A stretch of 24,515 nucleotides of DNA, from positions 1 through 24,515 of the IMG/VR virus record IMGVR_UViG_3300021467_000205; one strand, given 5' to 3'. The notes beneath the pieces are model-generated. The model ran no database searches, was not told the origin of the DNA, and saw only the letters and a program-made list of their open reading frames with translations. Position 1 is the first letter of the stretch, and the number at the start of each line of letters is the position of its first letter. Source of the DNA: a virus. This document shows positions 8,065-15,298 of the stretch, in pieces. A program made the position numbers and the translations under genes.

Positions 8065-8583
8065 TTATTTAATGACAGCCAAAATGGCTTCTTTATAAGT
8101 GCAATTATGCTCTTTTTGATAGGCCACAGCCTTTTTGTGCAGTTCAAGCCTTTCCTGATCTATGGTTCCTGGCACTTCCTTAAATTCAGCTTCATTTCCT
8201 GTTTGTTCGTTGCTGGCTTTGCCTTTTTTTGCTACTTCTTCAAATTCAACGATTTTAGGCAGGTTGCTCAAAAAGTCCTGAAAGAAGGTAAGCGGGCTTT
8301 TCTTTTGCCCCTCGGCAAACTCAACTTCTGTCTCGCTGTCTAACCGAAGCATAAACTCTACAATGCCTGCCTTTTTCATCGCCGGAGTTACCTTGCCCTC
8401 GCTCATAAGTGTATCAATAAACTTTTCGTACTCAGCCAGTTTTAACTTGCGTTCAAGTTCTATCTTTTCCTTAGCTAGCCGTTCTCTTTCTTCCTTTTCC
8501 TTTTTCACCTGTTCGGCAAAACGCGCTTCAACCTCTTTACGGATTGACGCAGCCAGTTCTTCTTTAATTTTTTCAATATCCAT
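8065..8583 (-). CDS. Nested in-frame scaffold protein (Mu gpZ-like), 172 aa
   Basis: GAGGGGG SD-like run 5 nt before an in-frame ATG at 8583 at the protease/scaffold boundary. Confidence 0.55.
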   Translation of the reverse strand: MDIEKIKEELAASIRKEVEARFAEQVKKEKEERERLAKEKIELERKLKLAEYEKFIDTLMSEGKVTPAMKKAGIVEFMLRLDSETEVEFAEGQKKSPLTFFQDFLSNLPKIVEFEEVAKKGKASNEQTGNEAEFKEVPGTIDQERLELHKKAVAYQKEHNCTYKEAILAVIK

Positions 8584-9369
8584 ACTTCCCCCCTCGCTAA
8601 AAGATATTTCTACGACGCTATCCCCGACCTCCTGAGCCAGCTTGATATCAGCCAGCCCTTTTACAGCCGGCGGCACAGCGCCCAAAAAACCAATATGACG
8701 CAGATACCAGACACCGTCTTTAATCGCTTTTGAAAGAGCGACAGAACGCTTTTTAAAAGCGCCTTTATTAACTAATTGTTTAAACTCCGGCACGACATCT
8801 TTTAGTTTAGCGTATAGAAACTCACCCACTCTTTTCAGGCCTTCCACCCAGCCATAAGCAGGTTTGTCCTGTTTGGGATGCCCAATTACGACCGGAGCTT
8901 CATACCAGTCTGGATCATAACTCTTAACAATTTCGTCTAGGTCTTTCTCTGTCCAGGTGCGGGTGTTTCCTTGTGCATCTGTCCAGGTGCCTGTCCGAAA
9001 AATAGGAATCCAGCCAGTCTCTTCACTATGGGCACTTTCACCTTCCATTGCCGCCAAAAGCCTGCCAGCGGCATTAAAAATATCCGTTGCCCCCTGCTGG
9101 CCAGCCCGCTGCCTGATGGCAATCAAAGCAGAACGGTAGACTTTTCCGTTCTTACCAAAAGGATATTTCCAGGCTTCTTTGGTTTCTGGATTTGCTTCTG
9201 TATCATGCCCCAGATGCCACTTTTTGTATTCATTAAAGTTAGGCGGATCGCCAAGAATTTTATTTTCATCATCCGCTGAGATAGACCAATCAGAGGTTTT
9301 ATCTACCTTATTGGCCTTGATTAAAGACAAGGCATGATTGTAGCCAGCGCGGTTAAGAATTACAGGCAT
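8065..9369 (-). CDS. Prohead protease/scaffold (Mu gpI-like) with extra N-terminal domain; start revised to 9369
   Basis: GGAGG RBS 6 nt before ATG 9369; WIPIFRTG, APVVIGHP, PAYGWV, FKKRS, YLRHIGFLGAVPPAVKGL protease motifs; coiled-coil scaffold C-terminus. Confidence 0.88.
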   Translation of the reverse strand: MPVILNRAGYNHALSLIKANKVDKTSDWSISADDENKILGDPPNFNEYKKWHLGHDTEANPETKEAWKYPFGKNGKVYRSALIAIRQRAGQQGATDIFNAAGRLLAAMEGESAHSEETGWIPIFRTGTWTDAQGNTRTWTEKDLDEIVKSYDPDWYEAPVVIGHPKQDKPAYGWVEGLKRVGEFLYAKLKDVVPEFKQLVNKGAFKKRSVALSKAIKDGVWYLRHIGFLGAVPPAVKGLADIKLAQEVGDSVVEISFSEGGSMDIEKIKEELAASIRKEVEARFAEQVKKEKEERERLAKEKIELERKLKLAEYEKFIDTLMSEGKVTPAMKKAGIVEFMLRLDSETEVEFAEGQKKSPLTFFQDFLSNLPKIVEFEEVAKKGKASNEQTGNEAEFKEVPGTIDQERLELHKKAVAYQKEHNCTYKEAILAVIK

Positions 9370-9397
9370 AGAAAGCCTCCTTGTTTTCTTCAGAAGA

Positions 9398-9437
9398 CTA
9401 ACATAAAAAAGGCTGGCTATTTGCGAAATTTGCAAAG
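9398..9437 (-). promoter_or_regulatory. Putative late promoter 2 (head operon): TTTGC-N7-GCAAA dyad plus extended -10 TGtTAGTCT
   Basis: 35/40 identical to 14820-14859; lies 29 nt upstream of the protease ATG. Confidence 0.72.
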
Positions 9438-9473
9438 GAGATAATAAAAAGTATGGGCGAAACTCATCAAAGC

Positions 9474-10232
9474 TTATTCTTGCGGAACATTTTTATATTG
9501 CTCAACCAGTTTTTTATCATATTTTCTTAAATCTGGTTTAAACGCTTTTTTACCCGGGTTATATTGCCATTCAGGTGGAGCAATTTTGTTTGGCTCAAAG
9601 CCAAGCTGCTTGGCCTCGTCTAAAATTTCCTTCCCACTTTGCACCTTCAGCCCACGACGCTGAAGGTCGTATTCAGAAAGAGAACGCACAACACAGTGGC
9701 ACCTCCAACCATTTGGTGGATAATATGTATTCCAAAATGGGTCATCCGCTGGCAGCACCTTGCCATGTAACGCCACATGTGCCGGGCGTGGATATTTGCA
9801 CGGCCTGTGCACATACATCCAATACGGCCGATGGCGTAAAACATCCGGGTCCGTCATCTGCCGATAACGACCGACATTATATGAAACCTGGGTATTGACG
9901 TGGAAGATGGTTTTAAGCCGCCACGGCGTACCGGCCCAGTACCACTCTTTGCGCTCTGGATCAAAAACTTTTCCCCACCAGCCCTTCTTTTTTAAAATTG
10001 TCTCTAATTGTTTTTTAAACTCAGAAAAAGGCATCCCATCTTTTAGTGCCTGCTCAACCGCCTCACGGATATCCTGAAGCAGATCCATCCGCATGACTTT
10101 GGCAACCGTAAAGGCACGGTGATGGTCCTCCTGCCACATTTCCCACCAGTGCCAAGTAAAGCGATAGCCCTTATTCTGGAAATACTTAACTGCCTCTTTT
10201 GGAGGAAGTGGTTTTAACTCAATTTTAGGCAT
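9474..10232 (-). CDS. Phage head morphogenesis protein (Mu gpF / SPP1 gp7 family)
   Basis: W.EMWQEDHHRAFTVAKV, RLKTIF..N, RPYW.Y, H.ALHG, DDPFW...YPPNGW.C.C.V motifs. Confidence 0.92.
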   Translation of the reverse strand: MPKIELKPLPPKEAVKYFQNKGYRFTWHWWEMWQEDHHRAFTVAKVMRMDLLQDIREAVEQALKDGMPFSEFKKQLETILKKKGWWGKVFDPERKEWYWAGTPWRLKTIFHVNTQVSYNVGRYRQMTDPDVLRHRPYWMYVHRPCKYPRPAHVALHGKVLPADDPFWNTYYPPNGWRCHCVVRSLSEYDLQRRGLKVQSGKEILDEAKQLGFEPNKIAPPEWQYNPGKKAFKPDLRKYDKKLVEQYKNVPQE

Positions 10233-10282
10233 CTATTTCTCCGCCGTTCCCAGGGGGTCTAAGACCCTAATTTCTGCCTTGT

Positions 10283-10400
10283 TTAAACCCCTGTTAAACC
10301 CCTTTTAAACAGGTTTTTAAAAATTTAAAAAATTGAGCTGTGGCTGTCCCTATATCTAAACACCTGTTCGCCCATACCCCCTCTTAAAACGCAATTTCGT
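10283..10400. other. Phased TTAAAC/A-tract array in the portal-gpF gap; possible strong-gyrase-site-like element
   Basis: TTAAA(C/A) at 10283, 10294, 10305, 10317 (11, 11, 12 bp spacing) in a 186-bp non-coding gap. Confidence 0.4.
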
Positions 10401-10418
10401 GCGTCTGAGGGATATCTG

Positions 10419-11918
10419 CTATTTTGTATCTTTCTCACTCTGTATTCTTCCCCATAAATCAGCCATAAACATCGTTTGTGCTAGCAATTCTTCTATTTCG
10501 CTGTCGTCTAAAAGTGGGAAAAGGTCATAGAGTTTCTTTTGCAGCTCTTCATAAGAAGAAGCACTGTTAATGAAGTCAAAAATAGGCTTTAAAAGTTTCT
10601 CTAAAGGCTGTTTAAGCTGCTTTTCAGCTGTTGCTACCAAGTTGTTTATGGCCTGTTGATCAGCCGGCTCTTTAGGCGTCTTTTCAGCAAACATGGCCAT
10701 CTGTTGGGCCGTTGACGCACCTAATACCTCAAAGTCGTCCTTAGCCAGGTTATATTTCTCCATGTAATATTTTTTGGTAAAGTGTACACCCTGGCGGGTA
10801 AGTATCTCGTCCCGCTCAGCCCTGGGCTTCTGGACATCTTCCTCTTCATAAAAACTAAATACAGGGTAAACTGCGTCTGGATAATTCAAATCAACGAGCC
10901 ACTGAATAGCCTGATTTAATACTGTCTTTACAATCTTTTTGTCTCCTTCAATAATATCTTTACGCACCTCCTCATGAATCTTTCCTAATGCCTGCGAGCC
11001 AACTCTGCCCTGCTCGGTAGTCAAAGTTTGACCTACGATGGCCTTCGACAGTTCGGCATCACACCTATCAATAAATTTGTCATATATCTCTGCTGAAGCA
11101 GTTTTGGGTGTATCTTTTATCTCTATATTGCTATCTTCTGGAATCACAGCTATAGCGTCTTCAATCATTTGCTCAAGGGCATCAAGCAGGGTATCGATCT
11201 CCTTTTCTGACGCTCCCCGTGGATGCTTCCCGATTACCCAGGGCATAGCATACTTCTCAGTAAAAATTGCCCAGAACTTAAAACCGCCTTTCTTAAATGT
11301 TGCTGGCCAGAAGCAGCGGCTCATCACCCGTTTGCCATACGGGTTAGCATAGCTGGCATAAAATCTTGCCAAAAGAAACTTGCGCGGAGGTAAAAGCTCA
11401 CCCTGTATCATGTTTTCTTTTGAACGAAATCTGAGCCTGTTTTCCTCATCAAATACAAACCACTCCGGTGGTTTGCCAACGATATCCTCTATGACAATGC
11501 GGCTGCCGTCTTTGGCCCACATCACTTCTAAAGGCGCATAGCCAAAAAGCGGTGCATCAAGGATCTCTCGGATGACCCGGTCCATATCAATATTTTTGAA
11601 AACATCATCTACAAACTCTGCTGCTTTTCTATCTGCCCGCTTTGTACCTTTAGGCTTTATTTCCCATTCCTGGCTCAAAACCCCGGCCCTTCTACTTTCC
11701 ACACATCCACCAATATGGCTATCAACAAGCAGGTTTTTATACACGGTGATATCCTTCCCCTGCTTGCGCAAAACAGGATCTGGATCAGGTAGATACATAC
11801 CCAAGGCATAATAATTATAAACCCGCTTCCTGGAAGCTATCTCATCTGTTAGTGAAACCTTATCCATATCGGCAAATTCAACATACTCATGCTCATTAAT
11901 CCATATCCTTTTAGCCAT
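10419..11918 (-). CDS. Portal protein (Mu gp29 / DUF935 family)
   Basis: LPDPDPVLRK, DAPLFGYAPLE, NPYG, FW..F.EKY.MPW.IGK, ELSKAIVGQTLTTE, SQALG.IHEEVR.DI motifs. Confidence 0.93.
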   Translation of the reverse strand: MAKRIWINEHEYVEFADMDKVSLTDEIASRKRVYNYYALGMYLPDPDPVLRKQGKDITVYKNLLVDSHIGGCVESRRAGVLSQEWEIKPKGTKRADRKAAEFVDDVFKNIDMDRVIREILDAPLFGYAPLEVMWAKDGSRIVIEDIVGKPPEWFVFDEENRLRFRSKENMIQGELLPPRKFLLARFYASYANPYGKRVMSRCFWPATFKKGGFKFWAIFTEKYAMPWVIGKHPRGASEKEIDTLLDALEQMIEDAIAVIPEDSNIEIKDTPKTASAEIYDKFIDRCDAELSKAIVGQTLTTEQGRVGSQALGKIHEEVRKDIIEGDKKIVKTVLNQAIQWLVDLNYPDAVYPVFSFYEEEDVQKPRAERDEILTRQGVHFTKKYYMEKYNLAKDDFEVLGASTAQQMAMFAEKTPKEPADQQAINNLVATAEKQLKQPLEKLLKPIFDFINSASSYEELQKKLYDLFPLLDDSEIEELLAQTMFMADLWGRIQSEKDTK

Positions 11919-11927
11919 TTTTATCTC

Positions 11928-13349
11928 CTAATACCCTTTCAACATCCTGTAACTGTCTCCTTTTCTTCTACTTCTCACCGTTACCGGCCAGATCATCTGC
12001 CCTTTTTCTGTCCCGGCATGCACCGCCAGCGCCAATGCCCAGAAGTGGTCGGCATGGCCGGTTTCTTCGGTTCTGTCTGCATCAAAACGAAAGTGCCCGG
12101 TGGGGGTAGAATATTTTTTCACGCTGTGTAGGCTGCGGTGGATGGTCTGATCTTTGGGAATCCACACCCCTATATCCTCTATCGTATCTTTTAGCTGCGT
12201 GGCTAAAGTTTCCTTGTTCGCATTGGTGAAATCTATTCCTTCTACTCTGCTGCCAAACATATCCCCTGCTTCCTCTGCCAGTTGTGCGCCAATGCCAGTT
12301 TTATCAATCGCAGCCCGGCGCCAGTTAGGCAGAGACAAAAGGGTAAACAAAACCTTTTTTTGCACATAAAACGGCTTTTTTTTAAAAGTGATCACTGCCC
12401 GCGTATAGTTGTATAGCGCCTTTTTCTCCAGTAACCAGATGATAGATAAATCCCGTTCACGCCCAATGTCCATGCCGGCAAAAAGATCGCCATCAAGGGC
12501 TGCCAGTTCTGCTACAAGCTCAGCGGCTTCTCTCTCCCACCAGGGTGGGTCTTTTTTGTGATGTTTAAAGTATTTATGTGCCCTTTCTGCTTTTTTGATG
12601 AGCTCATCCACCCACCACGGCTCTGAATCAAGTTTTTCATCTTCTACAAGATTGATCATTTCATGGGTCAAAAAGGCTGTTGTTTCATCAGCGGCAATGA
12701 CTAAAAACTCCTCTTCCCAAGCTTCGTCATCACCCAGAAGCTCTCTCAAATCTTCCGGGGTGATTTCATTCCCGTCTTCGTCATAGATTTTAAGTCCTTC
12801 TGCTACTGCGTCATAAATAGTTGTACGGTGGTGGGAGTATTTTTTATTTTTGGTCAGCTCAAAAAACTTTGTTTTCTTACCTTTATGCGTGCTGCTAATG
12901 CGGATTTTATAGCCCCGGGTAATGGCCGGGAATATGGCCTTCCAGATACCCCTATCATCTTTATGAAAGGCAAACTCATCCAGATACACATTGCCTGAAA
13001 AACCCCGAATTGTGTCAGGATTAGAGGGTACAAAATGCAGCAGTTTATCGTCATGAAACACGATGGTTTCCATGTTTTCTTTTTCTGGGGTAATGATTTC
13101 CTCTGTCAGGATGCGCAAAACCTTAATGTGCTTTCTTGCCTCACGGGCTGCTTTTTGAGACTGCCGATTGGAAGCAGAGCCATAGACGCTCTCAATAGGT
13201 TTGGGATGAAGGCTTGTTTCCAGAACGGCCTTCAAGGCCATTGAAAAGGTTTTACCGATTTGTCTGGATGACTCCCAGACGATACCAATTGTTTTGTCTT
13301 CAACAAACCTTCTCTGATATGGCAAAAGTATTTTTTCATGATTCATCAC
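11928..13349 (-). CDS. terL: Terminase large subunit (Mu gp28-like)
   Basis: LLPYQ, SRQIGKT (Walker A), LDEFAF (Walker B), GMDIGRERD and GHADHFWALAL nuclease motifs. Confidence 0.94.
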   Translation of the reverse strand: MMNHEKILLPYQRRFVEDKTIGIVWESSRQIGKTFSMALKAVLETSLHPKPIESVYGSASNRQSQKAAREARKHIKVLRILTEEIITPEKENMETIVFHDDKLLHFVPSNPDTIRGFSGNVYLDEFAFHKDDRGIWKAIFPAITRGYKIRISSTHKGKKTKFFELTKNKKYSHHRTTIYDAVAEGLKIYDEDGNEITPEDLRELLGDDEAWEEEFLVIAADETTAFLTHEMINLVEDEKLDSEPWWVDELIKKAERAHKYFKHHKKDPPWWEREAAELVAELAALDGDLFAGMDIGRERDLSIIWLLEKKALYNYTRAVITFKKKPFYVQKKVLFTLLSLPNWRRAAIDKTGIGAQLAEEAGDMFGSRVEGIDFTNANKETLATQLKDTIEDIGVWIPKDQTIHRSLHSVKKYSTPTGHFRFDADRTEETGHADHFWALALAVHAGTEKGQMIWPVTVRSRRKGDSYRMLKGY

Positions 13350-13758
13350 GGATTTTCACACCGTAATAATTTTCTAAAGTTTCCTGGACAATTTTTTGCA
13401 CCTCTTCTGGAGATTTCTTCTTCGCCTCAGCCTCTTCTTTTTCTATTTGCCGCAATTCAACCGCAGCACTGGGTTTAAGCACCGCAATGATGCGACATAA
13501 GGCATATACATTTTGTGGGTTTGGGTCATCTAAAGTAACAATAGCCAATTTATATTTCAATTCCTCTAAAATATCGTTTAATTTACGCTCTTTGATGATG
13601 TATTCCTTGCGTTTTTCTGCCCATTCTCCCTCTGCTGACCAGCGCTGTAAAGTGCGCTCTGAAACATCTTTTAGCTCACGGGCAATTTCAGAGATAGTCT
13701 TACCCTCCTGCACAAACATCCGTCGGGCTTCTTCATAGTAGGCAGCCATCTTACCCAA
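13336..13758 (-). CDS. Putative terminase small subunit (DUF1804-like HTH)
   Basis: ARRMFVQEG.TISEIA..L.VSERTLQRW...GEW HTH directly upstream of and overlapping terL. Confidence 0.7.
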   Translation of the reverse strand: MGKMAAYYEEARRMFVQEGKTISEIARELKDVSERTLQRWSAEGEWAEKRKEYIIKERKLNDILEELKYKLAIVTLDDPNPQNVYALCRIIAVLKPSAAVELRQIEKEEAEAKKKSPEEVQKIVQETLENYYGVKIRDES

Positions 13759-14002
13759 GATCGGCCTCCATGCGATCTATTTCGGCTTTAAGCTTTTTTG
13801 CCTCTTCATAAATTTGGGCAAGCTCCTGGGCCTGCTGTGCTATAAGCTCACCCTGAAGCTCTACCAACTTTTTATATGGATCAATATGAAGGCGTAGCGA
13901 TATAATCAGACCATCGGCCTTTATTTCCAATTCTTTAAGACGAGTTTTAGCCTCGCTTAAACGGCCTTTAAGCCTGATTTTTTCCTCTCGCAAAAACCCC
14001 AT
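13751..14002 (-). CDS. Hypothetical coiled-coil protein
   Basis: Heptad-rich 83 aa ORF with GGAGGGAG RBS, packed between the membrane protein and TerS. Confidence 0.7.
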   Translation of the reverse strand: MGFLREEKIRLKGRLSEAKTRLKELEIKADGLIISLRLHIDPYKKLVELQGELIAQQAQELAQIYEEAKKLKAEIDRMEADLG

Positions 14003-14011
14003 ACTCCCTCC

Positions 14012-14278
14012 TTATGCCACTTTCTTTTCTCCCCGCACTAGAGGGCAAAAGCGGTTGTCCTCAATTTTTTGCTCAATGCGGCTTAGACCCTGGATGTTGA
14101 GCGTTATTATCTCCATCTGTTCCTCACTCATTCTGCAATACTTCTCGCATAAATCTTTGTATTCCTCAGTTATCTTCTGCATCTCTATTATCTTTTTATG
14201 ATCAAACCACCAGATAATAAAAATCAGCCCCGGTAGGCCAAGTGTCTTGATAATATCTAAAAACAGCGCATGATCCAC
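14012..14278 (-). CDS. Single-TM membrane protein, holin-like
   Basis: GTG start with AGGAG RBS; hydrophobic LGLPGLIFIIWWF then coiled coil; follows the endolysin. Confidence 0.55.
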   Translation of the reverse strand: MDHALFLDIIKTLGLPGLIFIIWWFDHKKIIEMQKITEEYKDLCEKYCRMSEEQMEIITLNIQGLSRIEQKIEDNRFCPLVRGEKKVA

Positions 14279-14381
14279 GAGAGTCTCCTATTTAAAATTG
14301 GCTCATTACTTTCTCTTGCTATCTCAGAGGCTTTATCATGTTTCCCACGGCTCCTGAAAAATTCCACTGTAGCTTTACCAA

Positions 14382-14807
14382 TTAATATCTCCTGGCGAGT
14401 AAAAAATTTAAATCCCTTACCTCAAAATTAGGGCATGTTTTGTGCGGATTGAAATCTCTATGGCCAAAAATGGGAATATTCCCAAATTGCTGGCGCAAAT
14501 CCAAAATAAGCCCAACAAGTTTTTTCAGTTGTTTGACGGAAAAATGATGTCTGCCAATCATGCAAATGCCAATACTATCATGATTCTGTCCTCGGCAATG
14601 AGCGCCTACCTCTTCAACTGGTCTTCCCTTTTCAATAATACCGTCGTCTTGGGGGACATATTCTCCTTTTTTACGACACCCATTTAAGATAACATAATGA
14701 TATCCAATACACCGCCAACCACGCTCTTTGTGCCAGCGGTCTATTTCTTCAGCATCGCCAAAATCACTATCACTACAATGGACAATAATCTTATTGATTT
14801 GTCGCAT
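14382..14807 (-). CDS. Endolysin, N-acetylmuramoyl-L-alanine amidase (T7 lysozyme/Amidase_2 type)
   Basis: IIVHCSD, WH..RGW..IGYHYVI, GAHC.G.N.DSIGIC, GHRD, KTCP zinc-amidase motifs. Confidence 0.93.
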   Translation of the reverse strand: MRQINKIIVHCSDSDFGDAEEIDRWHKERGWRCIGYHYVILNGCRKKGEYVPQDDGIIEKGRPVEEVGAHCRGQNHDSIGICMIGRHHFSVKQLKKLVGLILDLRQQFGNIPIFGHRDFNPHKTCPNFEVRDLNFLLARRY

Positions 14808-14819
14808 CTTGACGAGATG

Positions 14820-14859
14820 CTAGCACAAAAAAGGCAGGCTCTTTGCGGAATTTGCAAAG
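14820..14859 (-). promoter_or_regulatory. Putative late promoter 1 (lysis/packaging operon): TTTGC-N7-GCAAA dyad plus extended -10 TGcTAGCAT
   Basis: 35/40 identical to 9398-9437; -10 at 14822-14817, just upstream of endolysin ATG 14807; no consensus -35. Confidence 0.72.
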
Positions 14860-14880
14860 ATGGAAATGTCCCCAGAGTAT

Positions 14881-15020
14881 ATAAAATGAAGGAGTTGATA
14901 TAAGGCGGAAAGTCCTCTATGCCGAAAGAAATGCCTGGGTCCGATTGGAGGCCACCATTCCTTACTAGGCCGGCTTATCTCTGCCTCCAGGTTCCCCGGC
15001 AGGTAGAATAGAACCCAAGC
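14881..15020 (-). ncRNA. Candidate structured small RNA / leader (3' end uncertain)
   Basis: Begins at predicted +1 of a consensus promoter; 10-bp closing helix 15020-15011/14942-14933 with two G-U pairs; internal 7-bp helix UGGAGGC/GCCUCCA; no credible ORF. Confidence 0.5.
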
Positions 15021-15026
15021 AAAAAA

Positions 15027-15056
15027 AGTATATCACCATAGCCTGTTGTTTGTCAA
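15027..15056 (-). promoter_or_regulatory. Sigma70-type promoter TTGACA-N18-TATACT with TGn extension
   Basis: TTGACA at 15056-15051, TGA-TATACT ending at 15027, in the gap just downstream of the HTH gene. Confidence 0.75.
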
Positions 15057-15067
15057 GTAGATAATTT

Positions 15068-15298
15068 CTAATCCTCCCAATTAAACGGATGCTTCTTTTC
15101 CAGATATTCAAGCAGCGCCGACCTGGGTATTCGCCACGCACCACGAATTTTGGTGGCGTCGATTTCTCCAATATACACTAGCTCATATATAGTGCGTTCG
15201 GCAATCCTTAAAAAGCTTGCCACCTCTTTAACCGTAAGAAAATGAGGCATCTGATTTATTTCGTTCCTGATCGTTTTGATACAGTATTGGTTGTTCAT
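15068..15298 (-). CDS. Excisionase-like (HTH_17/MerR-type) DNA-binding protein; candidate late activator
   Basis: LTVKEVA.FLRI..RTIY.LV..GEI.A.KI.G.WRIP; last gene of the middle block, where Mu has activator C. Confidence 0.8.
   Translation of the reverse strand: MNNQYCIKTIRNEINQMPHFLTVKEVASFLRIAERTIYELVYIGEIDATKIRGAWRIPRSALLEYLEKKHPFNWED

Noticed and set aside
9370-9435. 22-codon N-terminal extension of the protease given by the ORF track
   Set aside because: Runs through the duplicated late-promoter element; a strong RBS precedes ATG 9369
9451-10377. 11-bp inverted repeat GTATGGGCGAA (9451-9461 and 10367-10377) flanking gpF, as a possible invertible segment
   Set aside because: An 11-mer match is expected by chance at this scale; no invertase in the window, and inverting a head gene makes little sense
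14904-14978. RNase P-like words on the + strand (GGAAAGTCC ... CGGCTTAT)
   Set aside because: Only ~60 nt apart, far too short for RNase P RNA; the P4 pairing is partial and the promoter is on the opposite strand
14965-15171. 68-aa - strand ORF from the track
   Set aside because: Overlaps the HTH gene in another frame and simply reads through the promoter (LLDKQQAMVIY = TTGACA...TATACT); no RBS
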